NCBI GenBank assembly: GCA_036752345.1
Contig: DAIOSV010000001.1
Coordinates: 44,884 to 108,883 of the forward strand
From: Bacteroidales bacterium
Lineage (GTDB): Bacteria > Bacteroidota > Bacteroidia > Bacteroidales > UBA1715
Direction: 5' to 3'
Length of the DNA stretch: 64,000 nt
Below the pieces are notes generated by a model. That model was not told the DNA's origin. It ran no database searches and saw only the letters and a list, made by a program, of their open reading frames with translations. Both the position numbers and the translations under genes were made by a program. Positions 28,098 to 37,452 of this stretch are shown here, one piece after another. Numbering within the stretch: position 1 is the stretch's first letter; every line of letters starts with the position of its first letter.

Positions 28098-29564
28098 ATG
28101 AAAAAAATTTTTCTCGGTCTGTGTCTTCTTTTTTCTCAGTGCATGATTGCACAAGAAGCATCGCAGGCTCCATCTATTAGAACAATGTTTCCAGGCGATT
28201 ATCCCGATCCCAGCCTGTTGGTCGATGGTAAAGATTACTACATTGTGCATTCATCGTTTGAATATTATCCGGGATTAACAATATGGCATTCCAACGATTT
28301 GAAACATTGGTCGCCGGTACAAAGTCCGCTACGAACATACGTTGGCTCGGTTTGGGCTCCCGATTTTGTAAAGTATAAGGGCAAATATTATATCTATTTT
28401 CCTGCTGGTACGTCTAATTATGTGATTTGGGCAGATTCTGTTAATGGAAAATGGTCGGAACCGATTGATTTGCAGATAGGTGGCATAGACCCCGGGCATG
28501 TGGTTGATGCAAAGGGTAATCGGTATTTATATTTCAGTAACGGCGGATATACAAAACTCAGCAAAGACGGGCTCCATACCGAAGGAAACTACATTCATGT
28601 GTATGATGGTTGGGAAATTCCTCGTGAATGGTCAATAGAGTGTTTTTGCATGGAAGGGCCTAAATTGACGAAAAATGGCGAGTATTATTATCTCACAGTG
28701 GCAGAAGGCGGCACTGCCGGACCGGCAACGGGACACATGGTTGTTTCGGCTCGCTCAAAATCACCTCTTGGATCATGGGAAAACTCTCCGTACAATCCCT
28801 TGCTTCGTGCCAAAACACCTAACGAACAATGGTGTTCTACGGGGCATGCAACCATTTTTGAGGACAATAATCACCAATGGTGGATGCTGTTTCATGCCTA
28901 CGAAAACGGCTATTACAATATGGGACGACAAACGTTGATTGCTCCCATAGAATGGACTTCTGATGGTTGGTGGAAAGTTCCCGAAAATGCCAAATTTGTT
29001 TCTCAAGAAGCGGAATGTGCGTTTAATTTGAGCGATAATTTTGAAGGGAATACGCTTCGTCCACATTGGCGTTTTTGGAAAGAATTTGAAGAATCTCGCT
29101 ATACGGTGGCACATAATTCTCTCACGCTTAAAGGAAAAGGGACCGATGTGGTTTCTAGTTGCCCGTTGCTGTGTATGCCGCAAAATCATTCATATTCGGT
29201 GCAAGTGGAGATGGAAATTTCTGGTGATGCCATTGGTGGTTTGCTGTTGTATTATAGCCCGAAAATCTATTCCGGTATTATGGCCGATTCTACGAATGTG
29301 TTGGCAAACCTTCGTGGTTGGCAATTCCCAACGGAAAAGAATGTGCATCACAATCATGTGTTTCTTAAGTTGATAAACAACAAACATTTGGTAGATATGT
29401 ATTATAGTCTTGATGGGAATAATTGGACTAAGTTGGCAAATTCGTTTGATGTAGAGGCGTATCATCACAATGTGTTAGGAGAATTTCTTGCTTTACGTAT
29501 TGGGTTGGTTTCCATAGGAAAAGGAACCGTGACGTTTAAAAATTTTGTATATAAATCGTTATAA
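28098..29564 (+). CDS. Glycoside hydrolase family 43 (beta-xylosidase/alpha-L-arabinofuranosidase type) with a C-terminal beta-sandwich domain
   Basis: Start moved to the ATG at 28098 (MKKIFLGLCLLFSQCMIAQE signal). FPGDYPDPSLL..GKDYYIV.SSF...PGL.IWHS.DL.HW, VWAPD and CMEGP GH43 catalytic blocks. The last ~170 aa are concanavalin-like. Confidence 0.88.
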   Translation: MKKIFLGLCLLFSQCMIAQEASQAPSIRTMFPGDYPDPSLLVDGKDYYIVHSSFEYYPGLTIWHSNDLKHWSPVQSPLRTYVGSVWAPDFVKYKGKYYIYFPAGTSNYVIWADSVNGKWSEPIDLQIGGIDPGHVVDAKGNRYLYFSNGGYTKLSKDGLHTEGNYIHVYDGWEIPREWSIECFCMEGPKLTKNGEYYYLTVAEGGTAGPATGHMVVSARSKSPLGSWENSPYNPLLRAKTPNEQWCSTGHATIFEDNNHQWWMLFHAYENGYYNMGRQTLIAPIEWTSDGWWKVPENAKFVSQEAECAFNLSDNFEGNTLRPHWRFWKEFEESRYTVAHNSLTLKGKGTDVVSSCPLLCMPQNHSYSVQVEMEISGDAIGGLLLYYSPKIYSGIMADSTNVLANLRGWQFPTEKNVHHNHVFLKLINNKHLVDMYYSLDGNNWTKLANSFDVEAYHHNVLGEFLALRIGLVSIGKGTVTFKNFVYKSL

Positions 29565-29575
29565 GATTTCTGGGT

Positions 29576-31201
29576 ATGAATTATGAAGTAAAATTTAGAA
29601 ATAATGTTGTAGAGATGCAAAATTTTCCGTCTCTACGGTGCATCGTTTTATTGTTTATGTTTTGTATCGTTGCCTCGGAATCGTTTTCACAAGGAAAAAT
29701 TAAGGCAAGCAAGAAGTATTACAAGGGCTTGAATGAAGCGAATCCAATCTCATCAAACAGATTTTGTGCCGACCCAACGGCGGTGGAATATGAAGGGCGC
29801 TTGTATGTGTATGGTACCAGCGATCATGAACAATATGAGGCGGTATGGGTGAAAGGCAAAAACACCTACGATAAAATAAAGTCTCTTGAGATTTTTTCAA
29901 CCAACGATATGGTGAATTGGACGTATCACGGAGTTATCAATGTAAAGGAAGTGGCTCCATGGATTATCAATTCGTGGGCACCATCTATTGTTTCTCGTAA
30001 GGAAGCAGATGGGTTGACGCATTTCTATTTATATTTCTCAAACAACGGAACCGGTGTTGGCGTAATTACTGCCACATCTCCAACTGGTCCGTGGAGTGAT
30101 CCTCTCGGTGCACCTCTTATCCTGTCGGGCATGTCTAAAGTAGAAGGCGTTCCCAATCCATTCGATCCGGGAGTTTGCATAGATGATAAAGGAGTCGGAT
30201 ATCTTGCGTTTGGTGGTGGTGTTGCAAAAAATGGCACTGATGCTTTGCCTCGTACCGCAAGAATCGCACGCTTGGGAAAAGATATGATTTCACTCGATAC
30301 CGTTGTGGAAATCAAAGCACCATATTTTTTTGAAGCAAGTGAGTTGAATTTTGTAAATGGCACATTTATATATACTTACAATAATAATTGGGTATCGCGC
30401 GAAGAGTGGGATTTTAGTATCGCACCCCAACCGTCGCAATGTAGTATGTCGTATATGACAACGACCACACCTTTGGAAACAGATAGTTGGAAATATCGTG
30501 GACATTATTTGCAAAATCCTGGAGATTTAGGACTGTTTTATAGTAACAATCACACGCATTTTCAGAAATACAATGGCAAGTATTACTTATGTTACCATAC
30601 CTTACTTTTGCATGGAGCAATGATGCCGCAAGGCAGTGAGTTGGCATTCCGTAGTCTTTGTGTGAACGAAATGAAAATAGATGAAAATACGCAAAAAATA
30701 GCTATGGTAAAAGCCGACAAACAAGGTGTAAAACCGACTACAATACATACCACCTCCGAACAATATTGGGGGGCAACAATGTTTACCTCCGCAGAAATGG
30801 CATTTGAGCCTGATAGCTCAATGGGGGTGAAAAATTCGTTGAGTGTAATTTCAAGTAGTCAAAATGGTGGTCCTAAAAGTCTTGAACAATTTCACCCATA
30901 CATGGTGTCAAAAAGTACAGCAGCGGGAGCGTGGCAAAGTATTAAAAATGTAGATGTTCAATCAGGCACGTTGTACATTAAAGCTAGTGGCAAAGGAACG
31001 ATAAAGATATGCTTGGATAGTCCAAAGGCAAAACCAGTGGCAACAATTACGTTGGATTCTGGCAATACGACGTTCGATACATTGGGTGGCGAGTCTGTAA
31101 AAGTGAAAGTTAAGAAACCGGGAGTTCATACGGTATATTTCGTATTTTCAGAACCAAATATGTGTTTGCATTCATGGTGTTGGAACAATATTAGTTTATG
31201 A
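29576..31201 (+). CDS. Glycoside hydrolase family 43 with a C-terminal CBM6-like module
   Basis: 541 aa. CADPTAVEYEGRLYVYGTSD, SWAPSIV and FFEASEL blocks. The C-terminal ~130 aa (GAWQSIKNVDV...IKICLDS...GVHTVYFVF) look like CBM6. An alternative start at Met14 (29615) gives a tidier signal peptide. Confidence 0.85.
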   Translation: MNYEVKFRNNVVEMQNFPSLRCIVLLFMFCIVASESFSQGKIKASKKYYKGLNEANPISSNRFCADPTAVEYEGRLYVYGTSDHEQYEAVWVKGKNTYDKIKSLEIFSTNDMVNWTYHGVINVKEVAPWIINSWAPSIVSRKEADGLTHFYLYFSNNGTGVGVITATSPTGPWSDPLGAPLILSGMSKVEGVPNPFDPGVCIDDKGVGYLAFGGGVAKNGTDALPRTARIARLGKDMISLDTVVEIKAPYFFEASELNFVNGTFIYTYNNNWVSREEWDFSIAPQPSQCSMSYMTTTTPLETDSWKYRGHYLQNPGDLGLFYSNNHTHFQKYNGKYYLCYHTLLLHGAMMPQGSELAFRSLCVNEMKIDENTQKIAMVKADKQGVKPTTIHTTSEQYWGATMFTSAEMAFEPDSSMGVKNSLSVISSSQNGGPKSLEQFHPYMVSKSTAAGAWQSIKNVDVQSGTLYIKASGKGTIKICLDSPKAKPVATITLDSGNTTFDTLGGESVKVKVKKPGVHTVYFVFSEPNMCLHSWCWNNISL

Positions 31202-31266
31202 TTTATGTAGAGGTGCGATAGTATTATTGTGCAAACAATTTGCAAAGCGTTAACAAATAGATAGTT

Positions 31267-32160
31267 ATGATATACACAATAGGGGAAACGGTAGTCGATC
31301 TGATATTTAAAACCATGCAACCGCAGGCTGCCAAGGTTGGAGGTTCGGCCTTAAATACTTCAGTAAGTTTAGGACGATTGGGCGATGATGTGAGCTATAT
31401 TTCAGAGGTGGGAGACGATGATTTAGGTAATTGGTGTATTGATTTCTTGAACCAAAATCATGTCGGCACACAGTATATAATCAGGCACAAAGACAAAAAA
31501 ACCTCGTTGGCTCTTGCGTTTTTGAATGAGCGCAATGATGCACAGTACAGTTTTTACAAAGAATTCAGCGATGTTATGTCTTCGGTTACGATACCAACTA
31601 ATTCTACTGATATTCTCCTATTTTCATCGTCTTTTTCGCTAAACGAACGTGTCCACTCTTGCTTGACTAGTGTACTTCAACGAATGCGCAAAAACGATGC
31701 GCTTGTCGTGTATGATCCTAATATGCGAAGAGCCATTTCTAATGATTCGACGGAGTATTCGTTTTTACAAGAAAATTTACGGTTTGCCGACATAGTTCGT
31801 CTGTCAGATGAGGATGCACAGGCTATCTTTGGTACAAATGATGTTTCGTTGGTGTATCAAGAGTTGGCAAAATATGATGTTCATGTGCTTATATATACCC
31901 AAAATAGCAAAGACGTTATTGTAAAAACTCCATTATTCACCAAGTCGTATTCTGTCCCTCAAGTAGCCGTTATTAGTACCATTGGGGCGGGTGATACCTT
32001 TAATGCGGGCATTTTGCATTGTGTTAAAAATCACGGTGTTACGTGTTCGTTAGTTAAAACACTTCCAGAGTCATTTTATGATGAGGCAATTCCTTTTGCC
32101 ATTGCATGTTCTGGAGAGGTTTGTGGATTATTGGATAATTACATTTTACCTCGCCACTAA
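31267..32160 (+). CDS. PfkB-family sugar kinase (fructokinase-like)
   Basis: 297 aa. GG.A.N....L.RLG N-terminal motif and the C-terminal GAGDTFNAG anion-hole motif. Confidence 0.85.
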   Translation: MIYTIGETVVDLIFKTMQPQAAKVGGSALNTSVSLGRLGDDVSYISEVGDDDLGNWCIDFLNQNHVGTQYIIRHKDKKTSLALAFLNERNDAQYSFYKEFSDVMSSVTIPTNSTDILLFSSSFSLNERVHSCLTSVLQRMRKNDALVVYDPNMRRAISNDSTEYSFLQENLRFADIVRLSDEDAQAIFGTNDVSLVYQELAKYDVHVLIYTQNSKDVIVKTPLFTKSYSVPQVAVISTIGAGDTFNAGILHCVKNHGVTCSLVKTLPESFYDEAIPFAIACSGEVCGLLDNYILPRH

Positions 32161-32220
32161 TTACGTAGGAAAATACACCAATATTTTATGTGAATAGCTT
32201 GTATGTCATGCTATTGGAGA

Positions 32221-32274
32221 CTACGTTTTTATACGTAGATGGAAATTTACGTTTTTTTACTATTGTAAACGTAG
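32221..32274 (+). promoter_or_regulatory. Candidate operator: two ACGT-core inverted repeats upstream of the Hdr-like operon
   Basis: CTACGT-N6-ACGTAG (32221-32238) and TTACGTTT-N12-AAACGTAG (32247-32274). A further TACGTA lies at 32162-32167. Repeat centres are 31 nt apart, and the repeats end 58 nt upstream of the ATG at 32332. Confidence 0.4.
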
Positions 32275-32331
32275 ACAATAAGTCACTCCTTTGTATAGTA
32301 ATAATTATATCAATCTTTGGAGGTCTACAAT

Positions 32332-33033
32332 ATGGATTATGTTGCTGAATTAGAAAAAGACTTGCGGTTCAAAGAAGCTATGCATTCATGCTTAAATTGC
32401 GGAATATGTAGTGCTATTTGTCCGGCTGCAGAGTTTTACAATTATGATCCGCGCATCATAGTAACTACGGTGCAACGCAGAAATAATGCCGAGATAGAAC
32501 AGCTACTCAAATCAAACACTATTTGGTATTGTGGACAATGTATGTCATGCAAAACACGTTGCCCTCGTGGAAACACAGCCGGAATGATAATTCAAGCATT
32601 GCGTATGCTTTCTCAACGATGCGGTTTTTTTACCGAAAGTGAGAAAGGCCGTCAACAATATGCGTTGAAGAAAACCATAGGCGAAAACATATTGAAGTAT
32701 GGCTACTGCGTGCATACGTTGTTGGTAAAGCCGGAATTACATCCTGAACAAGGCGTAATATGGGAATGGGTGTATAAAAATCGTGAAGCCATATATGACA
32801 GACTCGGGGCAAATCTATACAAAGACGGCCCTGGTGCTATGCGCAAAATCAATCAAAAGAACCTCGATGAATTATCTGAGATATTCAAAGTGACCGGCGG
32901 AGAAGAAATGTATGATATAATTGAAAACGATTCGAAGAAAAAAGCCGTTGAAATGCACATGAGTACCGACGATAATAATAATGAGTATTTAATGCATGTG
33001 ATGACATACAATAGTAATCAACATCAAGACTAA
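32332..33033 (+). CDS. HdrC-like 2x[4Fe-4S] protein with a C-terminal extension
   Basis: CLNCGICSAICP and CGQCMSCKTRCPRG motifs spaced as in heterodisulfide reductase subunit C. ATG at 32332 is preferred over the track's TTG at 32317. About 233 aa. Confidence 0.8.
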   Translation: MDYVAELEKDLRFKEAMHSCLNCGICSAICPAAEFYNYDPRIIVTTVQRRNNAEIEQLLKSNTIWYCGQCMSCKTRCPRGNTAGMIIQALRMLSQRCGFFTESEKGRQQYALKKTIGENILKYGYCVHTLLVKPELHPEQGVIWEWVYKNREAIYDRLGANLYKDGPGAMRKINQKNLDELSEIFKVTGGEEMYDIIENDSKKKAVEMHMSTDDNNNEYLMHVMTYNSNQHQD

Positions 33034-33038
33034 GAGGT

Positions 33039-34106
33039 ATGAATATAGAAGGAAAAAAACAAATTTGGAGTTCGTATCAAAAAGAGATAGCCGACAATGA
33101 TTATTACTACGCACGGAGTTGTATTCGTCAGAATTTTTTCCCTGCTTCAGAAGTTACCTTTTTGCGCATATTGCGTGAAGAATTGGGCAAAAATATCTTT
33201 GACGACCCCAACCATACAACATGTAGTGGTATAGGATATCATTCCGACATAGTGCCTTTTGATACAATTCAAACCGTCGTTGCTCGTCATTTTTCATTGA
33301 TGACAGAGGCTGGTCTTAAAAATATCGCAATTTCATGTGTTACGTCGTTTGGTATTTATACTGAAATACTTGATTTGTGGCAACATTTTCCCGAACAATT
33401 GGAAAAAATTCGAGAGTATTTGTACAAAGCTACAAAACGCGAATTTAATGTTCCCAAAAATATTGCTCACGCCAGCGATGTAATTTACAAATTTCGTAAT
33501 GAAATAGCAGAAAAAGCAAAATACAAATTAGTAAATGCAAAAACAGGAGAACCTTTAAATATAGTAGAACACATTGGTTGTCACTATGCTAAAATGTTTC
33601 CAACCAAAGGTGTTGGTGGAGCAGAATTCCCTCAAGTTTTGAATGGAATGATAGAATCGTGGGGCGGTAATGTAGTTGATTACCCTGAACGTCGCCACTG
33701 TTGTGGCTTTGGATTTAGACAATATTTAGTACAAGCCAATCGTGGCTATTCTGTTTCAAATACCAAGAAAAAATTGGAATCAATGAAACCCTATAAGCCT
33801 GACTTTATCGTTACAAACTGTCCGGGTTGTGCTATGTTTATGGATAAATGGCAATACACAATTGCCGAAATGGAAGGCGCAACATATGGGCAAGAAGGAT
33901 GTGGAATCCCCGTGCTGACATACGAAGAAATGGCAGGCTTGGTACTTGGCTACAATCCATGGGATTTGGGGTTGCAAATGCACCAAGTTCAATGTGAATC
34001 AGTATTAGATAAATTGGGAGTTGAGTATGATCCAAAAGCAAAATATTTAGATAAAAATGGCAATCAGATGCCTCTTCCTGAAAAACCAGTTAATTTATTG
34101 CAATAA
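33039..34106 (+). CDS. HdrB-like CCG-domain protein
   Basis: 355 aa. One intact Cys-rich CCG domain (RRHCCGFG...NCPGCAMF) and one degenerate N-terminal copy (TCSGIG...ISCVTSF). 5-nt gap from the previous gene. Confidence 0.8.
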   Translation: MNIEGKKQIWSSYQKEIADNDYYYARSCIRQNFFPASEVTFLRILREELGKNIFDDPNHTTCSGIGYHSDIVPFDTIQTVVARHFSLMTEAGLKNIAISCVTSFGIYTEILDLWQHFPEQLEKIREYLYKATKREFNVPKNIAHASDVIYKFRNEIAEKAKYKLVNAKTGEPLNIVEHIGCHYAKMFPTKGVGGAEFPQVLNGMIESWGGNVVDYPERRHCCGFGFRQYLVQANRGYSVSNTKKKLESMKPYKPDFIVTNCPGCAMFMDKWQYTIAEMEGATYGQEGCGIPVLTYEEMAGLVLGYNPWDLGLQMHQVQCESVLDKLGVEYDPKAKYLDKNGNQMPLPEKPVNLLQ

Positions 34107-34108
34107 CA

Positions 34109-35140
34109 ATGATAGACGTATTGATAATAGGCGGCGGAATTGCAGGTATAGAAACAGCATGTTCTCTGCAAGATTTAGGCTTTGAAACAGTCATAGTCGA
34201 AAAAGAAAAAAACATAGGTGGCCATTTGAACGATTGGGACACGTTATTTCCGACACATCGTCCCGCATCGGAAGTGTTGGCGCACTATACCGACGAAACC
34301 CGCAAACGTGCTCTTACGATTTATTTAAACACATATGTAATCTCAATAAAACGGCAAGATGACGGTGTTTTTGTGATACTCACGTCTCGTGATGTGGTTT
34401 TTCATAGTAAAACCGTGGTACTTGCTTCAGGCTACAATTTGTTTAACGCCACACGTAAGGAAGAGTACGGGTACAAAATCTACGATAATGTAATAACTTC
34501 TGCCGATTTGGAAATTCAGTTGAAGCAATTGAATGGAGAATACAAAACTCCTACAGGCAAAGTGCCACAAAAAATTGCGTTCATTCACTGTGTAGGTTCT
34601 CGTGATGAAAAATCGGGCAATCATTATTGCTCAAAATTATGTTGCGTGACAGCCGTAAAACAAGCTATTCATATGCGAAAACTTTGTCCGCAAGCTGAAA
34701 TATATTGTTGTTACATGGATTTGCGTATGTACGGACCCGGTTTTGAAGAAATGTATCGCGAAGCACAAGAAAAACATTCTGTACAATTTATTCGCGGCCG
34801 TTTGTCTGAAGTTGGGGAAAATACAGATGGCTCATTACAGTTGAAAGTAGAAGACACATTGGCAGCTCGTCCAAGCCGTTTACAAGTGGATTTGCTCGTA
34901 TTGATGGTCGGCATGGAATCGGCAAAAAGCACCGAATTGTTTGCGCAATCGTGTGGATTGCAATGTGCGCCAAGTCGTTTTGTGCAACCGCGCGACATTC
35001 ATATTGCATCAAATTTAACCAACGTAGATGGTTTGTTTACCGCAGGAACAAGCATGGCTCCTATGTCGGTTTACGATACGGTTAATCATGCAAAAGCTGC
35101 TGCGTTTGCTGTTCGTGATTATTTAAACAACAAAAAATAA
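34109..35140 (+). CDS. HdrA-like FAD-dependent oxidoreductase (short form, no ferredoxin inserts)
   Basis: 343 aa. VLIIGGGIAGIETA dinucleotide fold and the HdrA-type cluster motif CVGSRDEKSGNHYCSKLCC. 2-nt gap upstream, TAATG overlap downstream. Confidence 0.8.
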   Translation: MIDVLIIGGGIAGIETACSLQDLGFETVIVEKEKNIGGHLNDWDTLFPTHRPASEVLAHYTDETRKRALTIYLNTYVISIKRQDDGVFVILTSRDVVFHSKTVVLASGYNLFNATRKEEYGYKIYDNVITSADLEIQLKQLNGEYKTPTGKVPQKIAFIHCVGSRDEKSGNHYCSKLCCVTAVKQAIHMRKLCPQAEIYCCYMDLRMYGPGFEEMYREAQEKHSVQFIRGRLSEVGENTDGSLQLKVEDTLAARPSRLQVDLLVLMVGMESAKSTELFAQSCGLQCAPSRFVQPRDIHIASNLTNVDGLFTAGTSMAPMSVYDTVNHAKAAAFAVRDYLNNKK

Positions 35141-35487
35141 TGAGAGATTTCGGTTACACTACCACAAAATCGAGAACGATTGACTATGACAAAATAGACA
35201 CTCGTCTGATTTCGTATGTGCTTGAAAACGAACCGACATTTAATGCGTGTATGTCTTGTGGTTCATGTACCGCTATTTGTAGTGCCGGAAACTTGACTCC
35301 ATTTAACATACGAAAACTGAGTTTGCAAATTCGTCTTGGCGATTATTCCAATGCGCACGAGGAACTTGATAAATGCATGTTGTGTGGAAAATGTTTGCTT
35401 GAATGTCCGCGAGGCATCAATACACGCAATGTTATTATGTTGATGAAGAAAGGGTTGACGTTGTTCAACATTAAAGACAAAGAATAA
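35140..35487 (+). CDS. Small HdrC-like 2x[4Fe-4S] ferredoxin-domain protein
   Basis: 115 aa. CMSCGSCTAIC and CMLCGKCLLECPRG. TAATG overlaps at both ends (35138-42, 35485-89). Confidence 0.8.
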   Translation: MRDFGYTTTKSRTIDYDKIDTRLISYVLENEPTFNACMSCGSCTAICSAGNLTPFNIRKLSLQIRLGDYSNAHEELDKCMLCGKCLLECPRGINTRNVIMLMKKGLTLFNIKDKE

Positions 35488-37262
35488 TGGAAGACTATTT
35501 CGTATTGCCGTTTACGCTTGGAGCTATAATCCTATTTGCAATTTTACTTGTAAAATATGGATTGTGGATAGCAAAATTGTCGCATCGAGATAAATTGAGA
35601 ATTGTGCAAAGTTTTCTCACTCGACGCACGTTTGCCGCTATTAAAGATAGTATAATGGAAGGCTTGCTACACCGCAGCGTGTTTAAACGCAATGTGTTGT
35701 TGGGCTACATGCACATGAGTTTGGCATTTGGTTGGTTTTTATTAATAGTAGTGGGTCATATTGAAGTTGTGGTGCGTTACGGCTCATTGGTTGCCCCACC
35801 TTGGGAAGTCATATTTTTTCCATATTTTCATCATGAAACATTTCCGGGAGAACCTTTCATGACCAACTTGATGGACTTCTTGCTTTTGTTTGTTTTATCG
35901 GGCGTTTTGCTTGCCTATTTTAAACGAATTAACAGTAAAATTTTCGGCATCAAGAAAACAACAAAACTCAAACCCGGCGATCGATTTGCCTTGATATCAC
36001 TGTGGGGAATATTTCCTTTCCGTTTGCTCGCCGAAGGAGCAACCGCAGCGTTGTATGGCAATGGCGGTTTTTTGACCAATTCTGTTGGACATTTCTTTAC
36101 GTGGATTAATGTAACGCCAGTTATGGAAAGTGTGCTTTGGTGGGCATATTCTATTTCTCTAGGCGTATTTTTCGTATGCATGCCATTTTCTCGATATATG
36201 CACATTTTTACCGAGATTTTGTTCATCTTCTTGCGTCACTATGGTATTAAATTAAAAAAAGATTTCAACTCTTATTCAAGAATCCAGGTATATTCATGTT
36301 CTCGTTGCGGTATTTGTATTGACGTCTGCCAAATGCACGTTGCCAATATTTCAAACAACCAATCGGTGTACATCTTAAAAAATATTCGCGACCAAAATTT
36401 AACAGACCGAAAGCTCTATAACTGTTTGCTCTGCGGACGTTGTGAAAATGTGTGTCCTGTAGGAATTAACCTAAACGATTTGCGTATTTCTCAACGTATT
36501 AAAGCTACCAAAGAATTCAATTCGAATTATGAATTCTTAAATACGTTGCCCGTTGAAACGAGAGAGGTGAATACCAAGCCGGAAGTGATTTTCTTTGCCG
36601 GTTGTATGACGCATATGACACCGGGAATTAAAAAATCAATTTTGACGGTATTAGATAAAGCAGGAGTCAATTACCAATTTATGGATAAAGACAAAGGAGC
36701 TTGTTGCGGACGACCGTTAATGTTGGCAGGACAATACCAAGCTGCCAAAAAATTGATAGCATACAATCGTGAGAAAATTCTAGAATCAGGCGCACCAATA
36801 CTTTTAGTTTCATGCCCAATATGTTACAAGGTATTCCGTGACGATTATGAATTAGGACAAATTTCCATTAAACATCATTCTGAATATTTTCTTGAATTGG
36901 TGCAACAAGGTAAGATTTCGTTGAAAAAATCAAGCCAATCTATCGTTTATCACGACCCGTGCGAGTTGGGTAGAGGTTGTGGCGTGTACGAACCGCCAAG
37001 AGATTTGTTGCGTATGGCAGGCACATTGCAAACAACACGACAAGAAAAAGTTAATTCCTTGTGTTGTAGTGGTTCCTTAGGCGATTTGAGCCTTTCTATG
37101 GAAGATAGAAATGTGATAAAAGCAGAAACTCTCAAAGTGTTGTTGCAACAGAATACCGACATTTTGGCGACAGCTTGTCCGTTGTGTAAAAAGACTTTTG
37201 TGAAAGGTGTTGACATTCAGGTGAAAGATATCGCTGAAATAGTAGCAGAGGCCTTGGTTTAA
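35487..37262 (+). CDS. Membrane-anchored Fe-S/CCG oxidoreductase (HdrE/DsrM/NarI-like anchor fused to an HdrD/DsrK/GlpC-like domain)
   Basis: 591 aa. About 5-6 hydrophobic helices in the first 250 aa with conserved-looking His (YMHMSLAFGWFLLIVVGHIE; SRYMHIF). These are followed by CSRCGICIDVC and CLLCGRCENVCPVG, then two CCG domains (GACCGRP...SCPICY; SLCCSGS...ACPLCK). Confidence 0.8.
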   Translation: MEDYFVLPFTLGAIILFAILLVKYGLWIAKLSHRDKLRIVQSFLTRRTFAAIKDSIMEGLLHRSVFKRNVLLGYMHMSLAFGWFLLIVVGHIEVVVRYGSLVAPPWEVIFFPYFHHETFPGEPFMTNLMDFLLLFVLSGVLLAYFKRINSKIFGIKKTTKLKPGDRFALISLWGIFPFRLLAEGATAALYGNGGFLTNSVGHFFTWINVTPVMESVLWWAYSISLGVFFVCMPFSRYMHIFTEILFIFLRHYGIKLKKDFNSYSRIQVYSCSRCGICIDVCQMHVANISNNQSVYILKNIRDQNLTDRKLYNCLLCGRCENVCPVGINLNDLRISQRIKATKEFNSNYEFLNTLPVETREVNTKPEVIFFAGCMTHMTPGIKKSILTVLDKAGVNYQFMDKDKGACCGRPLMLAGQYQAAKKLIAYNREKILESGAPILLVSCPICYKVFRDDYELGQISIKHHSEYFLELVQQGKISLKKSSQSIVYHDPCELGRGCGVYEPPRDLLRMAGTLQTTRQEKVNSLCCSGSLGDLSLSMEDRNVIKAETLKVLLQQNTDILATACPLCKKTFVKGVDIQVKDIAEIVAEALV

Positions 37263-37452
37263 GGTATGTGCTATGGTTTATAAAATCTTATTTTGAAACC
37301 TTACAATTCTCTACAAGAACCTTTTTACGGCACAATACAAGGTTCTTAACTCTGTTAGTATCTTTTTAAAAATTTCTTGAAAGATTGGCTAAAATCCAAT
37401 CTACAATTAAAGATTATTTTGCAAATTTGTCGCACAAAAATTTAAGATACAA

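Noticed and set aside
31215-31250. Short palindrome TGCAAA-caa-TTTGCA between the second GH43 gene and the PfkB kinase gene
   Set aside because: It is a 6-bp AT-rich stem with a 3-nt loop. That is too weak for a terminator, and as a single copy it cannot be distinguished from chance.
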